DNA of 64,000 bases from an uncultured Veillonellaceae bacterium (GCA_963805085.1 CAWDTA010000001.1:64001-128000); one strand, 5' to 3'. Counted from the first letter of the stretch, positions 11,148-20,376 are shown. Made by a program: numbers and translations. Notes: generated by a model from the letters alone, not told the origin.

Positions 11148-12113
11148 ATGTCGATAATGTTAGAACTTGTAAATTTGTCGAATTACTGTATGGATACAGA
11201 ACAACTCATTGATAATAAAAAAGAAAACCTAGAAAAATTTTTAAAAGATAATCAACTAGATGGCATTGAAATGATGTTTTGCCAGCCGTGGGACAAGTCA
11301 TTACATGAGGAAAAATTCATCCAAGGAGTACACTTAAATTTTTGTCCGAGTTGGTTAGAGTTTTGGCGTGGTGATTTAAAAAGCGTTGAAGAACAATTGG
11401 GCAGCCGAGAAGCTATTGTTCAATGTTATGGCGGCTTAACCAGAAAAGACTGGTTAGAGAGCTACCGAGAAAACATTGTAAATGCAAGACAGACAAATGC
11501 CAAATATTTTGTATTCCACGTCAGTCATGCGCGTACGAATGAAGTTTTTGATTGGGAATTTCGCGCGAGTAGTGAAGAGGTCATTGATGCTACGATTCAA
11601 CTGGTAAATGAATTAGCTCCAGAGATACCGGAAGATATGATGTTGTTGTTCGAAAATCTCTGGTGGCCTGGCTTAACCTTATTAGATAAACGATTAGCTA
11701 AAAAATTAATCAATAATGTCAATCATAACAATGTTGGGATTATGCTTGATACAGGTCATCTGATGAATACGAATCAACAGTTAAAGAACCAAGAAGAAGC
11801 TGTTGATTATGTGATAAATATAGTAGAAAATTTAGGAAAATATCGTAAGTATATTAAGGGTGTGCATCTACATTATTCATTATCAGGTGAATATGTTTTA
11901 AATAGTATAAAAAAAGCTAGTTGCAAAAAAACAACAAGTGGTGAGATTATGGAACATATCCTTAAAATTGACGAACATTTGCCGTTTACAACACCAAAAG
12001 TTAAACGTATTATTGAATATATTCAACCAGAAATTTTAGTACATGAATTTATGCAAAGTACACGGGAAGATTGGCAAAACAAACTTAACATGCAAAAGCA
12101 AGCATTGAAGTGA
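11148..12113 (+). CDS. Xylose-isomerase-like/AP-endonuclease-2 TIM-barrel metalloprotein
   Basis: VFHVSH, FENLWWPG, LDTGH, VHLH, DEH, VHE metal-ligand pattern. Confidence 0.75.
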   Translation: MSIMLELVNLSNYCMDTEQLIDNKKENLEKFLKDNQLDGIEMMFCQPWDKSLHEEKFIQGVHLNFCPSWLEFWRGDLKSVEEQLGSREAIVQCYGGLTRKDWLESYRENIVNARQTNAKYFVFHVSHARTNEVFDWEFRASSEEVIDATIQLVNELAPEIPEDMMLLFENLWWPGLTLLDKRLAKKLINNVNHNNVGIMLDTGHLMNTNQQLKNQEEAVDYVINIVENLGKYRKYIKGVHLHYSLSGEYVLNSIKKASCKKTTSGEIMEHILKIDEHLPFTTPKVKRIIEYIQPEILVHEFMQSTREDWQNKLNMQKQALK

Positions 12114-12122
12114 GGCTAAGAC

Positions 12123-13055
12123 ATGGTAAAACGTAGTATTCTATGGATTCTTATAGTATTAGTGAGTGGACTACTTAGTGGCTGTAACATGGATACGCCC
12201 AGAGAAAAAACAACAGCTGCTTATGAAGTCGTTGATAGTCAAGGTACAGTAATAAAGCTGGACAAAAAGCCACAACATATCGTTTCGCTTACCTTATGTA
12301 GTGATGAGATTTTGTTATCATTAATAGATAAAAATCGTCTTGCATCTTGCACATCGCGAGCTACAGATCGTGGTATCTCTAATGTAGCTGAGCAAGCACA
12401 GGATGTACCAAAGTTAAGTAGTAAAAGTATTGAAGCCATTATTGCATTGCAGCCAGATCTCGTGATTGCCGCAGATTGGCTGCCTGTAGAATTAATTGAA
12501 AGCTTAAGAGAAGTGGGACTGAACGTATATGCTTATAAGACACCAAGTACAATCACTGAGGTAGAATCTTTAGTTGAAGAATTTAGTAAAGTCGTAGGTG
12601 AGACAGAAAAAGGGATAGCTATTGTCAAAGAAATGGATGAAGTACTAACGAAAGTACAAGATGACGTAAAGCAAATTCTTCAAGACAAACGCAAAGTTGT
12701 TATGGCACTGTCCTTTATGGGGTGTTATGGTGGTAAAGGCAGTATACTGGATGACATTGATAAAAACGCTGGGGTTATCAACGGTGCGGTTCTTGCGGGG
12801 TTAGGAAAAAATGATACGCTAGCTAAAGAACAAATGGTTGCCATCAATCCTGATGTTATTATGGTGCCAACTTGGGATTATGAAGGTAAAGACACAGAGA
12901 AGTTTAAACAAGATATATTGAACGATCCAGCACTATCTACGATCAAAGCCGTTAAAAATAAACGACTTATTCAAGTCGCTGATAAATATACATATTGTAC
13001 GTCACAATATGTCGTATATGGCGTAAGAGATTTAGCGAAAGCAGTGTATAAGTAA
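12123..13055 (+). CDS. Second BtuF-family substrate-binding lipoprotein
   Basis: Lipobox LSGC; paralogue of 3994..4938 (shared NGA..AGL, INPD...PTW, Y.YC.SQY). Confidence 0.85.
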   Translation: MVKRSILWILIVLVSGLLSGCNMDTPREKTTAAYEVVDSQGTVIKLDKKPQHIVSLTLCSDEILLSLIDKNRLASCTSRATDRGISNVAEQAQDVPKLSSKSIEAIIALQPDLVIAADWLPVELIESLREVGLNVYAYKTPSTITEVESLVEEFSKVVGETEKGIAIVKEMDEVLTKVQDDVKQILQDKRKVVMALSFMGCYGGKGSILDDIDKNAGVINGAVLAGLGKNDTLAKEQMVAINPDVIMVPTWDYEGKDTEKFKQDILNDPALSTIKAVKNKRLIQVADKYTYCTSQYVVYGVRDLAKAVYK

Positions 13056-13064
13056 TAAAGTATT

Positions 13065-13197
13065 CTCAAAAGATGCTGAATGTATCTAGGTTATGTGCAA
13101 ACTAATTTAAACAGTTATAAAATAAATTAGAAATACGCCATCATTTTGTTCAAAGTTTTATAAACAAAATGATGGCGTATTGACTTTAAAAGGATAT
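13065..13197. repeat. 133-bp palindromic intergenic repeat, copy 1
   Basis: Colinear with 18314..18446; internal perfect 19-bp IR 13132-13150/13163-13181. Confidence 0.85.
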
Positions 13198-13240
13198 GAT
13201 TGAATTACTATTCAATACGTATTTCTGTATTTGAAAGTTT

Positions 13241-13320
13241 CGGCTAACGCCTAAAATCTAGTGGTCATGATTTCAGCTTGGCAGGAGTTTTGTCTCCTAA
13301 TGATAAACGATACATCCGTC
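13241..13320 (-). mobile_element. Possible IS3/IS481-type transposase C-terminal remnant
   Basis: Minus strand reads RMYRLSLGDKTPAKLKS*, like the integrase-end RxHxSLGxxTP motif, followed by an IR-like 27-mer. Confidence 0.4.
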
Positions 13321-13343
13321 TGGACTACAATTGCATAAGGAAA

Positions 13344-13381
13344 ATATTTACAATAGTTTTACATAAAACTATTGTAAATAT
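13344..13381. promoter_or_regulatory. Perfect 18-bp inverted repeat, likely MarR operator
   Basis: atatttacaatagtttta-ca-taaaactattgtaaatat ends at the base before the MarR-like ATG. Confidence 0.65.
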
Positions 13382-13625
13382 ATGAATGAAAAGTATATTA
13401 TAAGTTTAATCGATGGAATACATAACCAAACTAGTAAATTTATTGAAAATGAGTTGAAGAAACACAAGATCGGAGGAATAGCAACTTCGCATGGTGATAT
13501 TTTATTTCAGTTTTACAAAAACGAATTTCTTACAATGCGACAGTTAGCAAAATTGATAAACAGCGATAATTCTACTGTGACAGTGTTGGTTGATAAGGTG
13601 GTAAAGTATGGATATATTAGCAAGA
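13382..13625 (+). pseudogene. Truncated MarR-family regulator, in frame with the downstream permease
   Basis: TSHGDILFQF...LTMRQLAKLINSDNSTVTVLVDKVVKYGYI helix-turn-helix; wing and C-terminal helices missing. Confidence 0.7.
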
Positions 13626-13684
13626 CGCTGGATGTTCAGCTGCTAGAGTATACAATTTATCGGTTACACAGAAAGGAGAGTATT

Positions 13685-14344
13685 TTGGGTGGCACTATTT
13701 TGATAAAAATTGTAGATTATTTTTCTAATAATATGGATGCTTATCTAATTTCTATACAAGAGCATATAGGGATTAGCTTATTGGCATTAATGGCTGCCAT
13801 TATAATTGGAATTCCTTGCGGATACGCTTGCGTAAAGCATAAGAAATACGAGAAGTGGATTATATCTATTTTTCAGGTATTGCGAATTATTCCAAGTTTG
13901 GCGGTTTTAATACTACTAATTCCGATTATGGGGACAGGGATCAAGCCAGCAATGACAGCATTAGTTTTGTTAGCAGTTCCACCAATTCTTATGAACACAA
14001 TTGTGGGATTAGAAGAAGTACCTGATTTTATGATAGAAACAGCTTATGGAGTTGGAATGACAGATCGACAAGTATTATGGAAAGTCAAGTTCCCTTTGGC
14101 TACGTCCTTAATTCTAGCCGGAATCAAGACAGCTATGATTGAAATTATTGCCAGTGCGACACTGGCGGCCAAAATAGGGGCAGGAGGACTGGGTGGCATA
14201 ATTTTTACTGGTTTAGGCTTAGATCGAATTGATTTGCTTTTGGTTGGAGGTATTTCGGTTGCAGTGCTAGCGATTGTAGCCGGATTATTGCTTGAACTGA
14301 TAGATAGAGTGTTGCTGAAATATAAATACATAAGAAAGTGGTAA
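13685..14344 (+). CDS. Osmoprotectant (betaine/choline/carnitine) ABC permease
   Basis: IPSLA, ETAYGVGMT EAA loop, GAGGLG; own RBS AAAGGAG at 13672 before TTG. Confidence 0.88.
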   Translation: MGGTILIKIVDYFSNNMDAYLISIQEHIGISLLALMAAIIIGIPCGYACVKHKKYEKWIISIFQVLRIIPSLAVLILLIPIMGTGIKPAMTALVLLAVPPILMNTIVGLEEVPDFMIETAYGVGMTDRQVLWKVKFPLATSLILAGIKTAMIEIIASATLAAKIGAGGLGGIIFTGLGLDRIDLLLVGGISVAVLAIVAGLLLELIDRVLLKYKYIRKW

Positions 14345-14351
14345 TGGAAAA

Positions 14352-15245
14352 ATGAAAAAAAGAATGAAACTGTTGATAACAGCATTTATTGTTATGGTGC
14401 TGGCACTATCTATGACAGCATGTGGCAGTAATAGTAAGAACACAACGATTCGTGTTGGAACAAAAGATTTTACTGAAAATTTAGTTGTTGGAGAATTGTA
14501 TGCATTAGCCTTAGAAGGCGCTGGATATAAGGTAGAAAGAGTTCCAAATATCGCAGGTTCCGTAATTCATACGTCTCTTGTAAGCAATAAAATTGATTTG
14601 TATCCTGAATATACTGGTACTGGACTATTAGCAGTTCTCAAGATGAAGCCCCTTACAAACTCAAATGAAGTTTACCAGACTGTAAAAGATGGCTACGAAA
14701 ACCAATTTCAAATTACGTGGTTACAATACTCAAAAGCCAATGATGGGCAAGGTCTTGTTATTCGTACAGAGGTAGCAAAAAAACTTGGGATTACTACGAT
14801 TTCAGATTTACAGAAGCATGTAAGTGAGCTTAGGTTTGCATCACAAGGTGAGTTTGACCAAAGAGATGACGGAATTCCAGCATTAAAAAAAGTATATGGA
14901 GATTTTAATTGGAAATCATCAAAGGTATATGATAATGGGTTAAAATATGAGGTGCTGAAAAATAATGAAGCAGATGTTGCACCATCGTATACAACGGAGG
15001 GACAATTAGTCAATACAAATGAATTTACCTTGCTGGAAGATGATAAACATGTATGGCCGCCTTATAATTTGGCTCCAGTTATTCGTGATAATGTGTTAGC
15101 GGCTCATCCTGATATTGCTGACGTTATAAATAAAGTAAGTGCTACCTTAGATACAAAAACTCTTACAGCACTAAATGCAAAAGTTGATGTTGATAAAAAA
15201 GAATATGAAAAAGTAACAAAAGAGTATTACGACTCAATTAAATAG
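14352..15245 (+). CDS. Osmoprotectant ABC substrate-binding lipoprotein (OpuCC/OsmF-like)
   Basis: Lipobox MTAC, KDFTE, IDLYPEYTGT, LEDDKH.WPPY. Confidence 0.92.
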   Translation: MKKRMKLLITAFIVMVLALSMTACGSNSKNTTIRVGTKDFTENLVVGELYALALEGAGYKVERVPNIAGSVIHTSLVSNKIDLYPEYTGTGLLAVLKMKPLTNSNEVYQTVKDGYENQFQITWLQYSKANDGQGLVIRTEVAKKLGITTISDLQKHVSELRFASQGEFDQRDDGIPALKKVYGDFNWKSSKVYDNGLKYEVLKNNEADVAPSYTTEGQLVNTNEFTLLEDDKHVWPPYNLAPVIRDNVLAAHPDIADVINKVSATLDTKTLTALNAKVDVDKKEYEKVTKEYYDSIK

Positions 15246-15265
15246 TTGAATGCGAGGAGGATACT

Positions 15266-16036
15266 ATGTCTCATAAGGCGATAGAATTTAGTAATGTATC
15301 TAAAAATTTTGATAATACCGGGTATAATGCTGTGGATCATGTGAGCCTTGCCATTGAAGAAGGGGAGTTTATTACGATACTAGGCTCTTCAGGGGGTGGA
15401 AAAACTACCTTGCTCAAAATGATTAATCGTTTATATGAGCCCACTGAAGGGACAATTATGTTATTTGATGAAGACATTAGAGCGGTGGATGCGGTTAAGT
15501 TAAGAAGACGTATAGGCTATGTAATTCAGCAGGTGGGGCTATTCCCTCATATGAAAATAGCCGAGAATATTGCGATTGTACCAAACCTTTTAAAATGGAG
15601 TAAAGAGAAAATTGATGCGAGAGTTGATGCATTGTTAACTCTCGTAGGACTTGAACCGCAAAAATTTAAGGAACGGTATCCGTCACAACTATCCGGTGGA
15701 CAGCAACAAAGAATTGGACTTGCTAGAGCATTAGCAATTGATCCTAAGATTATGTTGCTCGATGAGCCTTTTGGAGCAATTGATGCAATCAATCGGATGA
15801 AATTACAAGAGGAGTTACTCTGTATTCATGGTGGACTAAAAAAGACCTTTTTATTTGTCACACATGATATCAATGAAGCATTTAAACTGGGAACCAGAGT
15901 GATTATTATGAACGAGGGTAGAATATGTCAATTTGATACCCCGAGAAATATCGCGAAAAATCCGGTAGATGATTTCGTAACTTCTCTAATAACCTCTTCG
16001 CGAGAGCAGGGACGTTTCTGGGGGGAATTTGCTTGA
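15266..16036 (+). CDS. Osmoprotectant ABC ATPase (no CBS domains)
   Basis: GSSGGGKTT, LRRRIGYVIQQ, LSGGQQQR, DEPFGAID. Confidence 0.92.
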   Translation: MSHKAIEFSNVSKNFDNTGYNAVDHVSLAIEEGEFITILGSSGGGKTTLLKMINRLYEPTEGTIMLFDEDIRAVDAVKLRRRIGYVIQQVGLFPHMKIAENIAIVPNLLKWSKEKIDARVDALLTLVGLEPQKFKERYPSQLSGGQQQRIGLARALAIDPKIMLLDEPFGAIDAINRMKLQEELLCIHGGLKKTFLFVTHDINEAFKLGTRVIIMNEGRICQFDTPRNIAKNPVDDFVTSLITSSREQGRFWGEFA

Positions 16037-16641
16037 TAGTATATGCGATGAACTATTCAGATAAATTAGGTAAGGCGCTATTTGAGCATCTAGAAATCGT
16101 AGTAATTACACTGATAATTTCCCTTCTATTGGCATCCGTATTAACGATATTTGCTATACGTTCAGAAAAACTATCAAAAGTACTAATACATATGTTTGCG
16201 GTTATTTATTCCATACCCAGCTTAGCGCTTTTTGCCATGTTGATTCCGGTGACTGGCCTGGGGAAAGTCACCGCCATAACGGTTTTGGTTGTTTACAATC
16301 AATATTTATTGCTGCAGAGTTTTATTGCGGGGTTAAATGAAGTAGATCCTGCTATCATTGAAGCAGCTACTGGTATCGGTATGAGTACTATGCAGATACT
16401 TTTTAAAGTAAGGCTGCCGTTGTCTAAGAGAGCACTCTTTGCTGGGGTACGCCTTGCAGTGGTTTCTACCATTGGCATTGCAACGATTGCTGCATTCATC
16501 AATGCAGGAGGTCTCGGCAATATTTTATTTGATGGACTTCGCACGATGAATGTTTACAAAATACTTTGGGGAAGTACGTTAGCAGCGGGGCTGGCAATAG
16601 GTGTCAATGCTCTATTAAGTAAAATTGAACAAATGCTATAA
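16033..16641 (+). CDS. Osmoprotectant ABC permease 2
   Basis: IPSLALF, EAATGIGM, INAGGLG. Confidence 0.9.
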   Translation: MIVYAMNYSDKLGKALFEHLEIVVITLIISLLLASVLTIFAIRSEKLSKVLIHMFAVIYSIPSLALFAMLIPVTGLGKVTAITVLVVYNQYLLLQSFIAGLNEVDPAIIEAATGIGMSTMQILFKVRLPLSKRALFAGVRLAVVSTIGIATIAAFINAGGLGNILFDGLRTMNVYKILWGSTLAAGLAIGVNALLSKIEQML

Positions 16642-16795
16642 GAATATAAAGCTGTTGAACTAGCTAGGAAAGGGCCGATTGAAGAGCTTCAATGACTATT
16701 TTATTAAAGAAGTATAAAGGGAAAAGCTTCAAGTTCAATGCTGAGTAGTATTGTACTTGAAATTAATATTGAACGGTGACAATACAAAAGCACAC

Positions 16796-16915
16796 TGAAC
16801 TGAACTATTAAAAACGGACAGTGACAAATAACCCCCTTCGTAGTTTTATTCTCCTACGAAGGGGGGGATTTTGTCATTACCTTAGGCGATATTCAAAAAT
16901 GAGAGGCTTTTCTTA
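16796..16915 (-). mobile_element. IS3/IS150-type right-end remnant (terminal IR, hairpin, transposase tail)
   Basis: tgaactgaactattaaaaacggaca resembles IS150-group IRs; hairpin 16822-16876; minus strand encodes ...FEYRLR* like the SPxEYR OrfB tail. Confidence 0.55.
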
Positions 16916-16955
16916 GTTAGAGAGGTTTCACAAAATACAGTAGGTCGATGAGCAC

Positions 16956-17435
16956 TCATTTTAGAATAAGGCGGGTTTGTTTACTTCTGTCCACTTTTGT
17001 AGGGTAGATATAACCAATCAAATGAAATTGATTGACAAGTGTGTCAAAATCAATAGAAGATTTTACAAAAGTACCATCTTTATTGGGTATTTCATAAACG
17101 ATATGGTCTGCAGTAACTTCACAGACTATGCCGACTGATACTTCCTGATTGACATTTTTCCATAAAATAATTGCTCCTGCCTGAGCGTCTCTAGGAGCTG
17201 TCTTTTCTATCCATTCAAATTGAGCAGCATTAGAAAACCAGTCCTCAGCATCGCCATTCCAATTCATTCCCGGGACAGGCGCTGTTTTATCAAATTCTTG
17301 TGCAATATAGCCAAGAGTTTGGCTTGGAAGATGCTTGTACCATGGGCTGGCGTCAGGATTACAGTCGCAAGCTAATACGGTGACAGGTATCAATAATGTT
17401 AAAAATAGTAAATAATAAAAACTGATCTTTTTCAA
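16956..17435 (-). CDS. Secreted CHAP-like protein lacking catalytic Cys/His
   Basis: Signal peptide, W.GDA.DW...A, AGAIILW; TTG start with GGAGGTG RBS. Confidence 0.7.
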   Translation of the reverse strand: MKKISFYYLLFLTLLIPVTVLACDCNPDASPWYKHLPSQTLGYIAQEFDKTAPVPGMNWNGDAEDWFSNAAQFEWIEKTAPRDAQAGAIILWKNVNQEVSVGIVCEVTADHIVYEIPNKDGTFVKSSIDFDTLVNQFHLIGYIYPTKVDRSKQTRLILK

Positions 17436-17487
17436 AAATTCGTCACCTCCATTTAGTCAATAATTTTAATCATCGAGAATCGGTGTA

Positions 17488-18084
17488 TTATAATAAAGAG
17501 TCGATTAGCTGGGAGAAACCATCCAATGAAGCATCATTCGTCAGATGAATTCCATTGATGAAAAAAGCTGGAGTGTTGTGAAACCCTAGATTATTTTCTT
17601 CATCAATATTGTTTTTGATGTTTTGTTCGATTGTGGGATCGGCCAGATCACGATTCAATTGATCCTTCTCTGCTTGCGATAAATTGAGTTTGTCCACTAA
17701 ATACTGCAGTCCGCTATTGCCATTTTTAAAAACTGGTTGTTCAGCCATGGCGAAATCATAGAATTTCCAGGCTTTCTCTTCATTTTGCCTAGAAAGAGCT
17801 TCAAAAACTTGTGCAGCAGACATCGCAAATGGGTGAGTGGCATGAGGATAGTGCTTTAATTTTAACTGGACTTTGCCATCATATTTATCTAATACTTGAT
17901 CGACCAGTTTTTTTGCTTGGGCACAATCGGGACATTGAAAATCGACGTATTCGACAATTGTAATAGGTGCCAATGGGGTGCCACGAGTGGCCTGTGCCGA
18001 TACGGTGGACAAATTCGTACCATAATAAGTCATGATCATGAAGATCAGCATGACTTTTGCAATTTTGTAGACAAATTTTCGCAT
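17488..18084 (-). CDS. DsbA/BdbD-like thioredoxin-fold protein
   Basis: EYVDFQCPDC, TPAFFING; start MRKF after AAGGAG. Confidence 0.88.
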   Translation of the reverse strand: MRKFVYKIAKVMLIFMIMTYYGTNLSTVSAQATRGTPLAPITIVEYVDFQCPDCAQAKKLVDQVLDKYDGKVQLKLKHYPHATHPFAMSAAQVFEALSRQNEEKAWKFYDFAMAEQPVFKNGNSGLQYLVDKLNLSQAEKDQLNRDLADPTIEQNIKNNIDEENNLGFHNTPAFFINGIHLTNDASLDGFSQLIDSLL

Positions 18085-18313
18085 TGTTTTTCTCCTTACT
18101 GTATTGAAAATCAAATAGTGTTTATTTGCTGTTAAAGCTAGTATAATACTGACGTTTTGCCGGTACATGTTCCTCGATTGGTTTCAGTATGTAAAGCTAG
18201 TAACATTATAAAAGGAGTCATACTCATTTAAAAGAGCATTCCTCTCGTAAAATTTGTAATTAGTAATATTCTTATTTACTAATTATACTTAATTTGTACT
18301 AAAAAGCAAATTC

Positions 18314-18446
18314 CTCAAAATATGCTTGATTTACCTAGGTTATGTCCAAACTATTATAAACAGCTATAAAATAAATTAGAAATACGCCATCAATTTGTTT
18401 AAAGCTTTATAAACAAAATGATGGTGTATTGACCTTAAAAGGATAT
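18314..18446. repeat. 133-bp palindromic intergenic repeat, copy 2
   Basis: Direct, ungapped copy of 13065..13197 with scattered substitutions. Confidence 0.85.
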
Positions 18447-18643
18447 AATTCATGTAGTTTTTGCTCAAACTTTTTTACAATGTTACATGCAAAAACGATG
18501 CCAGTCATTGTAATATCATATACTCCTATGCATAGTGTTTTTAATTAATCTTCCTGGAACAGGGTTCATTTCAATGTTGGTGTCTTTTTGCGTTTATAGA
18601 TAACTTGCGTGAACGGTTTATTTTCATATAATTCAATTACTAA

Positions 18644-19279
18644 TTAGCTTGGCAACTGGTGGAATGCCAATACTATTAAAAAGATACCTGATAATGCAGT
18701 AGTATATTTACCTAATTGCTCAGAGGCATATTTTTGTCCCCAATAGTACCCCATGCCGATTGTAAGGAAACTGATAATAGCTACAAAAGTCGCTATTAGT
18801 AAAGGGGGAAGACCAGTGGTACCAGCATCGAAGCCACCAGCTATTGCGTTGATTGAGAGGGCAACTCCAAGCAAGAAAGCTTCCCAAGGGCAGATGTCTT
18901 TGGAATCATCAATATCAACTTTTTCAGGATTGTTTAGTATTTCGGCAGGTCCGATATAGAGTCGTGTACCAAACAGTTGTAAATCCATTATGGATTGTTT
19001 CATTTTTATAGCGGCTATAACAGGCTGAACAAAAACCCATAGTCCAACGGAGAAAAGCAAAGTAGCACCGATAATACTAGCAATATTGGAGGATAAGTAT
19101 AGGCTTATGGTTTTACCAATTTGCGCGGATAGCCATGTAGTAATGAAAGAGATTACGGCTATGATCGTATTTGCCGTATGAGAAATTTTAATTTTTTGCA
19201 TTCCATATGCGATACCGACACCTAGATTATCAAGGTTTGCAGCAATCGCAATAAAAATCGCTAAAGCAATAATTTGCAT
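18644..19279 (-). CDS. ytaF: Sporulation membrane protein YtaF (MntP family), copy 1
   Basis: NLDNLGVGIAYG..KI, PEKVDIDDS..I..WEA.LLG.ALSINA; start after GGGAGG, 211 aa. Confidence 0.85.
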   Translation of the reverse strand: MQIIALAIFIAIAANLDNLGVGIAYGMQKIKISHTANTIIAVISFITTWLSAQIGKTISLYLSSNIASIIGATLLFSVGLWVFVQPVIAAIKMKQSIMDLQLFGTRLYIGPAEILNNPEKVDIDDSKDICPWEAFLLGVALSINAIAGGFDAGTTGLPPLLIATFVAIISFLTIGMGYYWGQKYASEQLGKYTTALSGIFLIVLAFHQLPS

Positions 19280-19312
19280 CAATATTTTATCCTCCCTTTT
19301 AATTTTACAAAC

Positions 19313-19339
19313 TATAGTATGGTTTTTTAGAAGTAAGGT
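19313..19339 (-). promoter_or_regulatory. Sigma-K/E-like promoter of ytaF copy 1
   Basis: AC-N16-CATACTATA. Confidence 0.5.
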
Positions 19340-19508
19340 TACGCAAATTTTGACCAAAGTTTATATTGTAGTTTCTTCCAACCAATATAAATTGAAAAAA
19401 TATATAATTTAAAGTTAACATAAAATTAACATGTACTTAACTTTTCTTTTAAAATACTGGTGTATACTAAAAACAAGGAAAAAATAATGTACAGGAGATA
19501 GAAATGAT

Positions 19509-20282
19509 ATGGCGATTTTAGCAGAACCATTTATTCGCCCATTTTTACAGAGTACCGAAATTGTTGAGACGAAAACTGTATCTAAACAAATTCATGAATT
19601 TGTGAATGATAATCAAGAAGCTGTTCAAGAAGAGTTGCTTGCTGCTCAAATAGAAACTTGCAAAATGAAAGTCAGTCGACTTGTAGAAAAACATATCAGT
19701 GGTTGTAATCTCAATTCTCAAGTATATACTGCACTTTTACTTTCCGAAAAATGCGATTACAATGGCTTAATCAATTCGATGATTACGAATATCAATATAG
19801 ATGGTTTATCAAAGGCAGTAAACAAATTGGTGTTTATGGAAATGGAAAATTATTTTGATGTTTCTATTTCAATGCAGGAACAATTTGTGATTTCTACACA
19901 GAAACTTCTTCCGCCTGTATACGTCAGTCAAGTGTTACAGGAATATGTAAATACCTTACGGGTTACCAAAGTTATGGGGCGAGCAGTAAATAAAGTTTGT
20001 CACAAAGGTCTGGCGAAAATGAATCTGCCAGAGGTTGCAAAAAAATTGACCGATAAAATTGAGCTTGGCTCAGTCTTGATGGGCATTTTTGACTGTCATC
20101 CAGAAAAGCAGAAGAAAAAATCGTATCAACAGATGAACTCGTGCATTAGTGGAATAATTAAAAATTTTAAATTTCAAATAAAAATCCAGCTTGATGAAGA
20201 GATCGTGCAAAGGTTTTATCAGCTTTATGATGAACTAGAAGAAGAAATGGATGAGACGTTAGAAACAAGATTATATGTATAA
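19509..20282 (+). CDS. Hypothetical helical protein (257 aa)
   Basis: Long ORF, RBS AGGAG, terminator downstream; no family recognised. Confidence 0.75.
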   Translation: MAILAEPFIRPFLQSTEIVETKTVSKQIHEFVNDNQEAVQEELLAAQIETCKMKVSRLVEKHISGCNLNSQVYTALLLSEKCDYNGLINSMITNINIDGLSKAVNKLVFMEMENYFDVSISMQEQFVISTQKLLPPVYVSQVLQEYVNTLRVTKVMGRAVNKVCHKGLAKMNLPEVAKKLTDKIELGSVLMGIFDCHPEKQKKKSYQQMNSCISGIIKNFKFQIKIQLDEEIVQRFYQLYDELEEEMDETLETRLYV

Positions 20283-20287
20283 GGTTA

Positions 20288-20323
20288 AAAAGCGGTGTGA
20301 TTATGTCATATCGTTTTTTTTTT
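20288..20323 (+). terminator. Intrinsic terminator
   Basis: aaagcggtgtga/tcatatcgttt stem plus T run. Confidence 0.65.
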
Positions 20324-20347
20324 GCGCAAAATTTGATGGAGTAGTCT

Positions 20348-20376
20348 GCATAAGATGACTGATTTTGGGAAAATTA
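20348..20376 (+). promoter_or_regulatory. Sigma-F/G-like promoter of the ATPase cluster
   Basis: GCATA-N14-GGGAAAATTA versus GYATA-N15-GGnnAnAHTR. Confidence 0.4.
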
